Origin: Terriglobia bacterium | GTDB lineage: Bacteria; Acidobacteriota; Terriglobia; Bryobacterales; Bryobacteraceae | Direction: 5' to 3' | Length of the DNA: 64,000 nucleotides | NCBI GenBank assembly: GCA_963846025.1 | Contig: CAWJUG010000004.1 | Coordinates: forward strand, 250,065-314,064 | Shown here: piece after piece, positions 1 to 8,734 of the stretch | How the letters are laid out: every line of letters starts with the position of its first letter | How positions within the stretch are numbered: position 1 is the stretch's first letter | Made by a program: the position numbers and the translations under genes | The notes under the pieces: generated by a model | The model's database searches: none | What the model saw: the letters and a program-made list of their open reading frames with translations, nothing else | Told to the model about the DNA's origin: nothing

Positions 1-523
1 GGATATCCGGATCGAACGCGTTGTAGATGGGGACGCAATCGCGCGCGCCTAGTTCGCGATATCGGTTCGTGACATTATCGCCGCCGCCGTACGTAAAGAC
101 AAGATGGAACTCAGGGAGGGCTGCGAGAAATGGATCGGCCGCATGTGCCGAAAGCCGGTCGAGAGTTGCCGGCGCGTCGACATCCCAAAAGATTTTGCAA
201 ACTGGCGGAAGCAATGAGGAAATGCGGGCTTCGAGAAACTCGTCCAGCACACCGACGCCGCTCGCTTTGACAACTACATCGGCGCGGGCGGAAGCCGCCA
301 GGTGACGATTCACCTCGCCCGTGTCTCCAGCGTCGTAGACGACGATACGAGCCCACTCCGGATCGGGAATGTCGCGATGCTGCTGACGGTCATAAGCATC
401 AGGCTCGTAGAAGGTAATCTGATGTCCTCGGTTGGCGAGTGCGCGAAGAATGCCGCGATAGTATGTGGCCGCGCCATTCCAGTAAGCGGAAACGAGACTG
501 GAGCCCCAGAAGGCGATCTTCAT
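1..523 (-). CDS. CgeB-type glycosyltransferase-like protein (N-terminal part only; gene runs off the left edge)
   Basis: Open minus-strand frame from ATG at 523-521 to the window edge (MKIAFWGSSLVSAYWNGAATYYRGILRALANRGHQITFYEPD...). It is paralogous to the N-terminus of the next gene. ATGA stop/start overlap with 520..1662. Absent from the ORF track because there is no stop in the window. Confidence 0.6.
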   Translation of the reverse strand, partial: MKIAFWGSSLVSAYWNGAATYYRGILRALANRGHQITFYEPDAYDRQQHRDIPDPEWARIVVYDAGDTGEVNRHLAASARADVVVKASGVGVLDEFLEARISSLLPPVCKIFWDVDAPATLDRLSAHAADPFLAALPEFHLVFTYGGGDNVTNRYRELGARDCVPIYNAFDPDI

Positions 524-1662
524 ATCTGGATTCCCTGCTGCAACGTCTCGAAAGCGCTCAAGGCCGGCGTGCTAAGGGTCGTGTAGATGCCGAGCAATTC
601 CTCTACCCGGTGCGCGCAGGTGTGACGTGCGCGAATGGTCTCAAGACCACTGGCAGCCAGACTCCTGGCAAGCGCGCCGTCATTCAACACATCGCGAATG
701 TGCCTCTCCATCTCTTCGCTATCTCGCGCCATCAGGAAGTCTTTACCAACGCGAAACAGACCCTCTTCGTCGCACCATGGCGCAGAAACAAGGGGAATCG
801 CACAGGCGAGCGCTTCGAAAGGTCGAATGGTCGGAATGCCGGGAAGCTCACGCGTATAGGGATGACGCGGCACGTGTACGGTGACTCGGAACTGCGCAAA
901 AACTTCAGGCACCTCAAAGTTAGGAAGCCAGCCGCCGTAGCGAATTCCGCATCGGCCTAATTCGTCGAGAGCGGCAGGGGGGTAACGCACACCGTATACC
1001 TGCGCATGCAACTTAAGATTCCGCACCGGCGTAAGGAAATATTCGCGCAACTCTTCGGTCCGCTCGTCATCACCCCAGTTGCCGATCCAAATAACGTCAC
1101 CTGCTCTTTGTGCCGGCTCTCGTGGATGAAAGACCCTAATGTCAGCGGCTTCATGCCATACGTGCACCTGACGCCCCCAACCGCGGCGTTCATAGGCGCG
1201 CTTCAAGGATGCGCCGTAGGCAAGCACGCCATCATATTCCGACAGATCGAAACGCGAGAGTTCCTGCTCAGCGGTTAAAGCCCGATGATGTGTGTCGTGA
1301 AAAAGCGCGGCGATGCCGTGGTGACAGCGGCGGTATCGGCCAATGGCCGCCACTACAGATGGCTCATTCCATTCATGGACAATAACAAGATCGACCCCGT
1401 CGAGAAACTGATCGAGATCCAGATGCTGCGGCGAATAACGGGTGCTAGCGAGACTCGGAAACGCGTGCTGGAACGCGGCAAGGGCCGCCGGTCCGCGATC
1501 TTCGAGCAGGTTCTGACGGCTCCACGAATTTTCAGGTTCAAAGATGCGAACCTCATGACCGCGAGCTTTCAGCTCAGACGCGATGCCACGAAGAAAATGC
1601 GCGTTGCCATGGTTCCAATCGGAAACCAGGGAATGGTAGAACATGGCGATCCGAAGCTTCAT
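520..1662 (-). CDS. CgeB-family glycosyltransferase-like protein
   Basis: 380-aa ORF (MKLRIAMFYHSLVSDWNHGNAHFLRGIASELKARGHEVRIFEPE...). ATGA overlaps at both ends (1659-1662 and 520-523). The family call is from recollection of CgeB/DUF3880-type proteins. Confidence 0.65.
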   Translation of the reverse strand: MKLRIAMFYHSLVSDWNHGNAHFLRGIASELKARGHEVRIFEPENSWSRQNLLEDRGPAALAAFQHAFPSLASTRYSPQHLDLDQFLDGVDLVIVHEWNEPSVVAAIGRYRRCHHGIAALFHDTHHRALTAEQELSRFDLSEYDGVLAYGASLKRAYERRGWGRQVHVWHEAADIRVFHPREPAQRAGDVIWIGNWGDDERTEELREYFLTPVRNLKLHAQVYGVRYPPAALDELGRCGIRYGGWLPNFEVPEVFAQFRVTVHVPRHPYTRELPGIPTIRPFEALACAIPLVSAPWCDEEGLFRVGKDFLMARDSEEMERHIRDVLNDGALARSLAASGLETIRARHTCAHRVEELLGIYTTLSTPALSAFETLQQGIQI

Positions 1663-2741
1663 GCTGCCGCGCCTTTCTGCGTTACGCGCTTGCCTGATTG
1701 GGAGAGAGATTCGTACAGGTCGTAGTACTGGTCAACAGTACTTCCGGACCAATAGCGAGTCGATTGAAGGCGGGCGAGATCGCCACGCGACCGGCGGGCT
1801 GTTTCGTTCTTCGCAAGCCAAGCAAGAGTGTGACTCCACCGATCGGGGTCACGCGGATCAACAAAGATAGCGGCGCCATCCCACAGTTCACGAAGGGAAG
1901 GAATATCGGAGAGAACCAGACAGCATTGGGCGCGAGCCGCCTCGAGAACCGCAAGGCCGAATGGCTCGTAGAGCGCGGGATGAACAAAAACGGATGCGCG
2001 CTGCATCTGCTGGAGCAAACTTTCGTGCGAGAGAGATCCTGCGATTTCAACGGGCCACGGCAAACCCGAAGTCGCGTCATCCAGCAGCTTTAAGTTCTTG
2101 CCCGTGTCCCAGACCCGCCCCGCGGCAAGGTAGAAAGGCTCCTTTTCGACGCCGTTGTATACAGGCGAGTCGCTAAAATTGTGAATCACGGTGACGCGCC
2201 CGGAAGGCAGACCATAATGATGTGTCAGAACGGCGGCCATAAACGCAGAGGGGGCGACGACGGCATCTGCAGCGCAAAGACCAGCGGTAACACGACGGTG
2301 ATATTCAGCCCATTCCGGCGGAGGCGTTGAATTGTGCACCGCTTGCCACCAGGAGTAAACACAGGAATGGGCAACGACCAGGACAGGGACTTCCCAAGGC
2401 AATGCGGCATGGGCGTAGCCGTTGAGATGAATAACGTCCGGCTGGAACTGCATGGCTAAATCGAGTAACCACGCACCCGCAGCTTCGACCTCAAGCCAAG
2501 GCTGCTGCATCCATTCGAGCTTGTAATCGCACTCGCGAAAAGTGACGCCCGCGAGAGCAGCGAGGCCCATTTTCTGCGCATCGCTGGGACGAGGACCCAT
2601 GGTTGCGAGTAAGACTTGCGCCCCACGGCTAGTCATGTGAGAGACGAGGTCGAGCGAATACTGCCATACACCACCTACGGCATCGGCAGTCATCAGGATT
2701 TTGAGGGGCGGGACGGCGCTATGCGCACCGCTATCGCACAT
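1659..2741 (-). CDS. glycosyltransferase family 4 (GT-B fold)
   Basis: 360-aa ORF. N-terminal KILMTADAVGGVWQY and C-terminal FVHPALYEPFGLAVLEAARAQCCLV (EX7E-like region) are typical of GT4. Overlaps the upstream radical SAM gene by 11 nt. Confidence 0.75.
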   Translation of the reverse strand: MCDSGAHSAVPPLKILMTADAVGGVWQYSLDLVSHMTSRGAQVLLATMGPRPSDAQKMGLAALAGVTFRECDYKLEWMQQPWLEVEAAGAWLLDLAMQFQPDVIHLNGYAHAALPWEVPVLVVAHSCVYSWWQAVHNSTPPPEWAEYHRRVTAGLCAADAVVAPSAFMAAVLTHHYGLPSGRVTVIHNFSDSPVYNGVEKEPFYLAAGRVWDTGKNLKLLDDATSGLPWPVEIAGSLSHESLLQQMQRASVFVHPALYEPFGLAVLEAARAQCCLVLSDIPSLRELWDGAAIFVDPRDPDRWSHTLAWLAKNETARRSRGDLARLQSTRYWSGSTVDQYYDLYESLSQSGKRVTQKGAAA

Positions 2742-4017
2742 GCGCGCTCACTTCCAACTCAACTAACCCTTGTGGACGCTGTTCCTGGATGTCGCTAAAT
2801 GAATCAAAACCTTTGAGGTATGCTTCGTGTGCGCGCTCCCAGGCGAAGTCGTCAGGCGGGCCCCACATGCGCGTATACTCGGGCGAGCCTGGATACGGAA
2901 ACAACGGAACAGGTTTATTGGCCCACACGCCATGCGATTCGAGCTTGACGCGCCAGGACTCCACTTCATCAGCATCGTCTTCCGTCATTGCGAGCAGATT
3001 TGCCTGGACGAAAGGAACAAGCTTTTTGGCGAAGACAAGCCGACCGGTGAGCTCCTCAGTCGACATTTTGCACTTTTTGTCAAGGTAAGCGCGGCCCGCT
3101 TCGGTTATGCTCTCGACACCGGCTTCAATCGACACGCAGCCGGCTCGTGCCAGCGCCGTTATAGCGTCTTCACTCCACAGGTCAAGGCGCGTTTGCACGC
3201 CGAGTTTTATCTCACGTTCTGCCAGCGCGGCAAGAAGCGCTAAATCGGGCAAGAAAATTTCGTCAATGAAGTAAACGTATTCGATCCCCTGCCGGATAAG
3301 TCCGTCCAGTTCTTGCAGGATTACTGGCAAAGGGCGCTTGCGATAGTTGTTGCGAAAATTGTCCTTGGCGCAAAACGTACAGTGGTAGGGACACCCGCGA
3401 GAGGCTTCCATTTCCGCGCCGGGCCCAAGCGGTTCGGCATCAAAGCGGTGATGATGATGCCGATGCTTTGCGATCAGCTTATCCGGCCACGCCAGCGCGG
3501 GAAGGCGCTTCATATCGGCAGCGCGATTGGGGCCCCGAATGATGATCTCATCTCCGCGCCTAAATGCAATCGATTGAACAGAGCCGATGTCACCGGCTAA
3601 TTGGGGCAAAACCTCTTCACACTCGCCAAGGACCACAAAATCGGCGTTTAGCTTGCGCAATGTCGCGCGGGGCGTTGTGGAGCCATGTGGACCAACGATG
3701 ATCTGCTTTGCAGGCACAGCGCGCAGCGCAGCCGAAAGCTCCTGCGGAACTCGCAACTCTGGAGGCGCACAGCGCCAGAAGAGATAGGTAGGCGCAGTAG
3801 TAATGACGATGAAATCGGGCGCATAGGCGGAAACCCGCTGTACGATATCGGGGTAGCCAAGATTATCGAGATGGCCGTCGATCAAGATCACATCATGCCC
3901 GTTCTGTTCGAGCAGCGCTTTCGAATATCCCAGTTCCAGAGCTAAATGAGGCTCGCGGCACCCAAAATAGATGCTGCCTTCAAACGTCCAAGGCGGGTTG
4001 ATCAACGCGTAGCGCAT
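2731..4017 (-). CDS. B12-binding domain / radical SAM protein (class B)
   Basis: CxxxCxxC cluster motif RGCPYHCTFCAK. N-terminal Rossmann-like cobalamin-binding region (MRYALINPPW...GHDVILIDGH...PDFIVITT). I chose the ATG at 4017, which shares one nt with the upstream stop (TGATG), rather than the ORF-track maximum at 4071. Confidence 0.85.
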   Translation of the reverse strand: MRYALINPPWTFEGSIYFGCREPHLALELGYSKALLEQNGHDVILIDGHLDNLGYPDIVQRVSAYAPDFIVITTAPTYLFWRCAPPELRVPQELSAALRAVPAKQIIVGPHGSTTPRATLRKLNADFVVLGECEEVLPQLAGDIGSVQSIAFRRGDEIIIRGPNRAADMKRLPALAWPDKLIAKHRHHHHRFDAEPLGPGAEMEASRGCPYHCTFCAKDNFRNNYRKRPLPVILQELDGLIRQGIEYVYFIDEIFLPDLALLAALAEREIKLGVQTRLDLWSEDAITALARAGCVSIEAGVESITEAGRAYLDKKCKMSTEELTGRLVFAKKLVPFVQANLLAMTEDDADEVESWRVKLESHGVWANKPVPLFPYPGSPEYTRMWGPPDDFAWERAHEAYLKGFDSFSDIQEQRPQGLVELEVSAHVR

Positions 4018-5072
4018 CAGGCGACCATCACTTTCGAGTGCTCGACCAGCGAAGGGCGTTCCAGATACCACTCATAAAGGGTCCGGATTCCTTCGCGAAC
4101 GCCGATTGCGGGAGACCAACGGAGCGTTCGACGGATTTTCGATGTATCCGAGACGTACCATTTCTGATCGCCCAAACGCTCGGGCCCCCAATCGATATCA
4201 ACCGGATTTCCGGTCAAGCTGCGGATCTCCCGAAGTAGTTCGATCAGACTTGTACTATTCGCCGGGCCACCTCCAACGTTGAACGGCTGTCCAGCAACAA
4301 TATCGATGCTTTGCTGTGCAAGGTGCATCGCGCGAACTAGATCGTCGACGAAGAGCAGGTCACGCACCTGCTTTCCGTCACCATAAATGGTGATTGGTTC
4401 GCCCTTCATGGCCTGACGGACAAAATGCGCCACCCATCCCTGATCCTCGGAACCAAGTTGATAACGGCCATAGATGCAACTCATCCGAAATACGGTGGCT
4501 TTGATGCCGTAAGAGCGCGCGTAATCGAGTACGTACTGATCCGCCGCTCCCTTTGAACAGCCATACGGCGAAAGAAAATCCAGAGATTGCTGCTCGCTTA
4601 TGCCCGAAGAAGCGAGGCTCGGCGCTTCCGGTTCCCAACGATTTCCCGTCTTCCGGAATGGAATTTCTGCGAGTTTGCCGTAGACCTTATTGGTTGATGT
4701 GAAGAGTAGGGATGGTCGCGAAGGAGAGCGTCTGATTGCCTCAAGCAGATTCAATGTCCCTGCAAGATTTGTTCGGAAGTCGTGAATCGGATCATCCAGG
4801 CTGGTGGTCACGGCCACCTGAGCGGCAAAATGATAGACCGCCTTGGCCGTATGAACAGCTTTGCGCAGTTCTTCGGCATCACTTACATCTGCCTGCGTAA
4901 AGGAGATGCGCCGAGCATATTGATCCTGCAACTCCGCCAGATTTTGGTCTACTCCAGGACGGCTCAGATTATCGAAGATATGGACGGCCTGATCTTTTTG
5001 TAAGTAGAAACGAGCAATGTTGGTGCCGATAAAACCAGCACCGCCGGTGATCAGTATGTAATCCCTCTGCAC
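4017..5072 (-). CDS. NAD-dependent epimerase/dehydratase (extended SDR; CDP-paratose 2-epimerase-like)
   Basis: ILITGGAGFIGTNIARFY Rossmann motif followed by FDNLSRPGVDQNL; YxxxK in PYGCSKGAAD. Start taken as GTG 5072-5070, preceded by GGGAG and lying after the upstream stop at 5083. The ORF-track start at 5168 would overlap the upstream gene by 86 nt. Confidence 0.8.
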   Translation of the reverse strand: MQRDYILITGGAGFIGTNIARFYLQKDQAVHIFDNLSRPGVDQNLAELQDQYARRISFTQADVSDAEELRKAVHTAKAVYHFAAQVAVTTSLDDPIHDFRTNLAGTLNLLEAIRRSPSRPSLLFTSTNKVYGKLAEIPFRKTGNRWEPEAPSLASSGISEQQSLDFLSPYGCSKGAADQYVLDYARSYGIKATVFRMSCIYGRYQLGSEDQGWVAHFVRQAMKGEPITIYGDGKQVRDLLFVDDLVRAMHLAQQSIDIVAGQPFNVGGGPANSTSLIELLREIRSLTGNPVDIDWGPERLGDQKWYVSDTSKIRRTLRWSPAIGVREGIRTLYEWYLERPSLVEHSKVMVA

Positions 5073-5082
5073 CCCTAGCTCC

Positions 5083-6201
5083 CTAGACCACGAGCCCGCG
5101 CGACGACAGTTCTTCGCGCATCTCGTTGAAGCGATCGTGAGCAGTCTGTTGATCGAGCCAGCCAGCAAGATCGCGCATGCCGCTATCTAGATTGATTTTC
5201 GGATTGTACCCGAGCACTTCCCTGGCGCGCGAAATGTCAGGGAAGCAATGGCGGATGTCCCCAACGCGATATTTGCCAGTGATTTCGGGTTCGATATCCT
5301 TCCCGAGAACGCGAGCTAATTTGCGAGCAACATCGCTAACTCTGATTTCTTGACCGCTGCCGACGTTGAATACCGCGTCACGCGCAGCATCGACTTCAAG
5401 AGCGAGCCGGCAGGCCTGCGCGACATCATAGACACTGACAAAATCGCGCAATTGCTCGCCATCTTCAAAAATCATCGGCCGTTTGCGATTGAGCAATCGC
5501 GACGCGAAGATGGCCAGCACGCCAGTATATGGATTGGACAAGGATTGAAACGGGCCATACGCATTGAAGAACCGCAACGCTATGGTGGGAATGCCGTAAG
5601 CGCGACCCACCACCAGACACATCTGCTCCTGATCGTATTTTGAAAGCGCGTAGACGGAAGCCAGCGAAGGCTGCTTGGATTCGGGCGTTGCGACAGGACG
5701 AAGCGGAGCGCCATCTGGCGTGACCATCTCCCACTCGCGCGCCTTGAGCTGCGCGGCGGTCCGGCTAGCGAATGGATACGCCTCGCCACGGGGGCCAACG
5801 TAGAGACCTTCGCCGTAGATGCTCATGCTCGAGGCCACGATCAATTTGCGCACGGAACTCTTGACGATCCGCTCGAGCAAGGCCGCAGTGCCCAGGTTAT
5901 TGACGCTGGTATACTCGGCGATCTGATACATGCTTTGGCCGACGCCGACCAAGGCGACGAAATGGTAGACCGCTTCGACACCTTTTAGCGCTTGGTCCAG
6001 GATCTCCGGATTTCGAACATCTCCCAAAACGAATTCAACGTGTCTGTTCAAATACCCGGGACGCTCCGGATTATCGCCGTGTACCTGCGTCACCAGGCTA
6101 TCGAGAACTCTTACGTGATATCCAGCTTGCAATAACTCCGTTGCTACATGAGAACCGATGAAGCCAGCACCGCCTGTGATAAGAACGGTTCTTCTTTTCA
6201 T
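5083..6201 (-). CDS. NAD-dependent epimerase/dehydratase (extended SDR, UDP-sugar 4-epimerase-like)
   Basis: MKRRTVLITGGAGFIGSHVA Rossmann motif; YALSKYDQE catalytic YxxxK. Start set at the ATG giving MKRRTV (6201) rather than the ORF maximum 6252. Confidence 0.8.
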   Translation of the reverse strand: MKRRTVLITGGAGFIGSHVATELLQAGYHVRVLDSLVTQVHGDNPERPGYLNRHVEFVLGDVRNPEILDQALKGVEAVYHFVALVGVGQSMYQIAEYTSVNNLGTAALLERIVKSSVRKLIVASSMSIYGEGLYVGPRGEAYPFASRTAAQLKAREWEMVTPDGAPLRPVATPESKQPSLASVYALSKYDQEQMCLVVGRAYGIPTIALRFFNAYGPFQSLSNPYTGVLAIFASRLLNRKRPMIFEDGEQLRDFVSVYDVAQACRLALEVDAARDAVFNVGSGQEIRVSDVARKLARVLGKDIEPEITGKYRVGDIRHCFPDISRAREVLGYNPKINLDSGMRDLAGWLDQQTAHDRFNEMREELSSRGLVV

Positions 6202-6389
6202 TCGTGTCTGTGTGTCCTTTGAAGAGAATGCATAAGGCTCGTGGACCCGCAAAATCTACGAGTCCTTCACTCGATAGGCGGAAAGCCAGTCGCCTCATCA
6301 ACATAGAAAGCTTTGTAGCTCGGTTTGTTACTACTTACCTTTGTTGATGATGAACTTCACGCGTATAACTACGCGGAAACCAGGGGGTT

Positions 6390-7298
6390 TTACTTAGAGT
6401 ACCGGCGCGTCATCTCGGAGCAGAAGTCCGCATACTCGGCGGGATTTACGGGGGGACTTGTGTGATGCGCGCGAACGCCGCAATGCTCAGGAGTGAAACA
6501 GAAAGTAACCGTCAAATCGAACGCGTCGAGCAGACGCATCTGATGGTCAAACCACGACTCGGCGTTGGGCCGGAAGTGATCGGCCCAACTCAATCCAGTG
6601 CGAAGTTTACGCACTCCAAGCTCGTGCAGGTTTTGCACTGCGGCTTCGAGGCGAGGATCTTCGAAATGGAACCATTGACAAATGCCCAGGCCAGGAGCGA
6701 ACTGCGAAAATTGCCGTGCCGCCAATTTCGCGGTCCCGTCTTCGCGAAAGAGCCCCATGTAAAAGTGGCGGTAATAAGAAGATCCTTCGCTCTCCCGGTG
6801 GCGTGTGGTTGCCGGCCAAGCGCGGGGCAAATCAAAAAGACTGTACCAGTAGACGTGATCGGCACGAGGAAGTAATAGTTCGGCAGTGCGCTTGAGCCCG
6901 AACTCTTGCACTTCCTCGGCTCCGAAGGAAGAAGCGCCTACTTCCGATATCCAGATGGGCTTGTCGGTGGCGGCTTGCGCTTCCGCTAACTTGTCGGGCC
7001 ATTCGTTGATGGTCCAATGGTTCCAGTCGAGCGGAAACCCGTGAACAGCGACTACATCAACGTGATCCAAAGCGCCGAGATCACGCATGCGCGTAATGAA
7101 TGACGGATCAATCGGCGAGATGCCGCCCAGAACGCGTTTCAGCCTTGGATTTTCCGCGTGCACTGCCTGTCCCGCAAGCTTGACCATTTCGGCATAAACG
7201 GACCAGTCTCTATCTATCTCGAAATCCCAATGCGAGAGATTGTTCGGCTCATTCCAGAGCATGACGGCTTCAATCATAGGTGGATACGATGGCGGCAA
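6390..7298 (-). CDS. clan GH-A (beta/alpha)8 glycoside hydrolase-like protein with apparently permuted segment order
   Basis: WNEPNN (acid/base region) at residues 15-20 and WISEVG (nucleophile region) at 116-121. The C-terminal 100 aa resemble strands beta1-beta3 of the same fold. Start is TTG 7298 or ATG 7277. Confidence 0.65.
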   Translation of the reverse strand: MPPSYPPMIEAVMLWNEPNNLSHWDFEIDRDWSVYAEMVKLAGQAVHAENPRLKRVLGGISPIDPSFITRMRDLGALDHVDVVAVHGFPLDWNHWTINEWPDKLAEAQAATDKPIWISEVGASSFGAEEVQEFGLKRTAELLLPRADHVYWYSLFDLPRAWPATTRHRESEGSSYYRHFYMGLFREDGTAKLAARQFSQFAPGLGICQWFHFEDPRLEAAVQNLHELGVRKLRTGLSWADHFRPNAESWFDHQMRLLDAFDLTVTFCFTPEHCGVRAHHTSPPVNPAEYADFCSEMTRRYSK

Positions 7299-7313
7299 TA
7301 GTGATGAACTGAT

Positions 7314-8066
7314 TCAAGCCAGCGCCACAGGGATTGGATGCAGGTAAGCGCCTTCGTCGCACCTGCAAATGAATACTTCGGGTTCAGGAATGCTGTCTAC
7401 TCGAAAACCCGCGCTGCGCAGCACTGCTTCGGCGCAGGCGCGATTCGGAATCCACCAGTTGGTCGGATCCTGCGAATAGCTGTGTTCAACGAAGTGCATT
7501 CTCGGAAAACCCGGCTTGTCAAAAACGGCCTGCTCCCAGAACGGATAATCCTGCTCGACAGCAGGGCGAGTACGACTTCCGCGCAGCATCGATTGAAAAA
7601 CGAACCAATCCTTTGCTACATGCTGGCGAAGGAGATCGAGCGCGAGCAACGGATATCGCAGGTGGTAAAACACTCCCATGAACAAAACCAGATCGAAACG
7701 CTCACGAAGTCTCGGAACATCATAGACGGACATCTGCCGGAATTCGATGTCCATGCCTAGCACCCCGGCCGCGAAACGGGCTTGCGCGAGGTATGCCTCA
7801 TCATGATCGATGCCGAGAACGCGCTTCGCGCCCCGGCGTTTCATCTCGATGGAGTAGAACCCGCCATTACACCCGACGTCCAGAACAGTCAATCCAGTGA
7901 GATCAGTGGGAAGCGCGGCACGAAAGTTTTGCCATTTGGTGGCTGGATAATCACCTAAGAAGTGTTCTGGCGCGGTTTGGACACCTTGTAAGTTGAGGTT
8001 GTGAAACCATGGACCTAGTTCTGAAACTTTCTGCTCAATTTCCGGGACGGTCAGGCTGTTTGCCAA
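7314..8066 (-). CDS. class I SAM-dependent methyltransferase (DUF1698/CmoB-like)
   Basis: GPWFHNLNLQG...FLGDYPATKW...VLDVGCNGGFYSIEMKRRGAKRVLGIDHD (motif I). First gene of the minus-strand cassette. Confidence 0.8.
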   Translation of the reverse strand: MANSLTVPEIEQKVSELGPWFHNLNLQGVQTAPEHFLGDYPATKWQNFRAALPTDLTGLTVLDVGCNGGFYSIEMKRRGAKRVLGIDHDEAYLAQARFAAGVLGMDIEFRQMSVYDVPRLRERFDLVLFMGVFYHLRYPLLALDLLRQHVAKDWFVFQSMLRGSRTRPAVEQDYPFWEQAVFDKPGFPRMHFVEHSYSQDPTNWWIPNRACAEAVLRSAGFRVDSIPEPEVFICRCDEGAYLHPIPVALA

Positions 8067-8124
8067 TGATCTCTTCTCCCACTATTTGTATTGACTAGCC
8101 GCGAATAGACACCGCAGCACTTTT

Positions 8125-8727
8125 ATGATTCGTATTCTACTGATCCGCCATGGGCATACCGAATTGTTGGGCAAAGTGTTGTATGGAAGGATGGCGGGAG
8201 TTCATCTCAGCGAGCGCGGGAAACAGGAAACAATCAGACTTGCTAGTCAATTGCGGGAGCGATATCGAATAGACGAGATTGTTTCGAGCCCGATGGACCG
8301 GGCCAAGGAGACTGCCGAGGCGATATCGGGCGCCGAAGGGCAACACATTGTATTCGACGAGGGACTGCAGGAGTTGGATTTCGGTGAGTGGTTGGGCAAG
8401 CCCTTTGCGGAACTTACGTCAGACGAACGTTGGAAGGTCTACAACCGCCATCGCTCGCTGAATAGTGCTCCCGGCGGCGAATTCATGCTGCAGGTACAAC
8501 TTCGGGCGTGGGCTGCTCTGGAACGCGCAATCGCTCGGCACAGCGGTAAACGGGAAGCAACAATCGCCGTAGTGAGCCATGGAGACGTAGTACGGGGATT
8601 ACTCATGCTGTTCCTAGGTATTCCGTTGGATTACATACATAGGCTCGAGGCGGGTACGGCATCAGTAAGCGAAGTCATCCTGGGTGGCGCATACCCGCAA
8701 GTGATCACAATGAATCAGACCTTTTGA
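8125..8727 (+). CDS. histidine phosphatase family protein (phosphoglycerate mutase-like)
   Basis: LIRHGHTE (RHG motif) at the N-terminus and a second catalytic His in VVSHGDVVRG. Confidence 0.8.
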   Translation: MIRILLIRHGHTELLGKVLYGRMAGVHLSERGKQETIRLASQLRERYRIDEIVSSPMDRAKETAEAISGAEGQHIVFDEGLQELDFGEWLGKPFAELTSDERWKVYNRHRSLNSAPGGEFMLQVQLRAWAALERAIARHSGKREATIAVVSHGDVVRGLLMLFLGIPLDYIHRLEAGTASVSEVILGGAYPQVITMNQTF

Positions 8728-8734
8728 GCTGCAC

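Noticed and set aside
4017-6252. Long N-terminal extensions implied by the maximal ORFs 4017..5168, 5083..6252, 2731..4071, 11913..12521, 42952..43257 and 45547..46161.
   Set aside because: The extensions overlap the preceding gene, are Arg/Cys-rich and unlike the family N-termini. Internal starts give canonical N-termini (Rossmann GxxGxxG near residue 10, signal peptides, MVFCV of YggX), often with stop/start overlaps.
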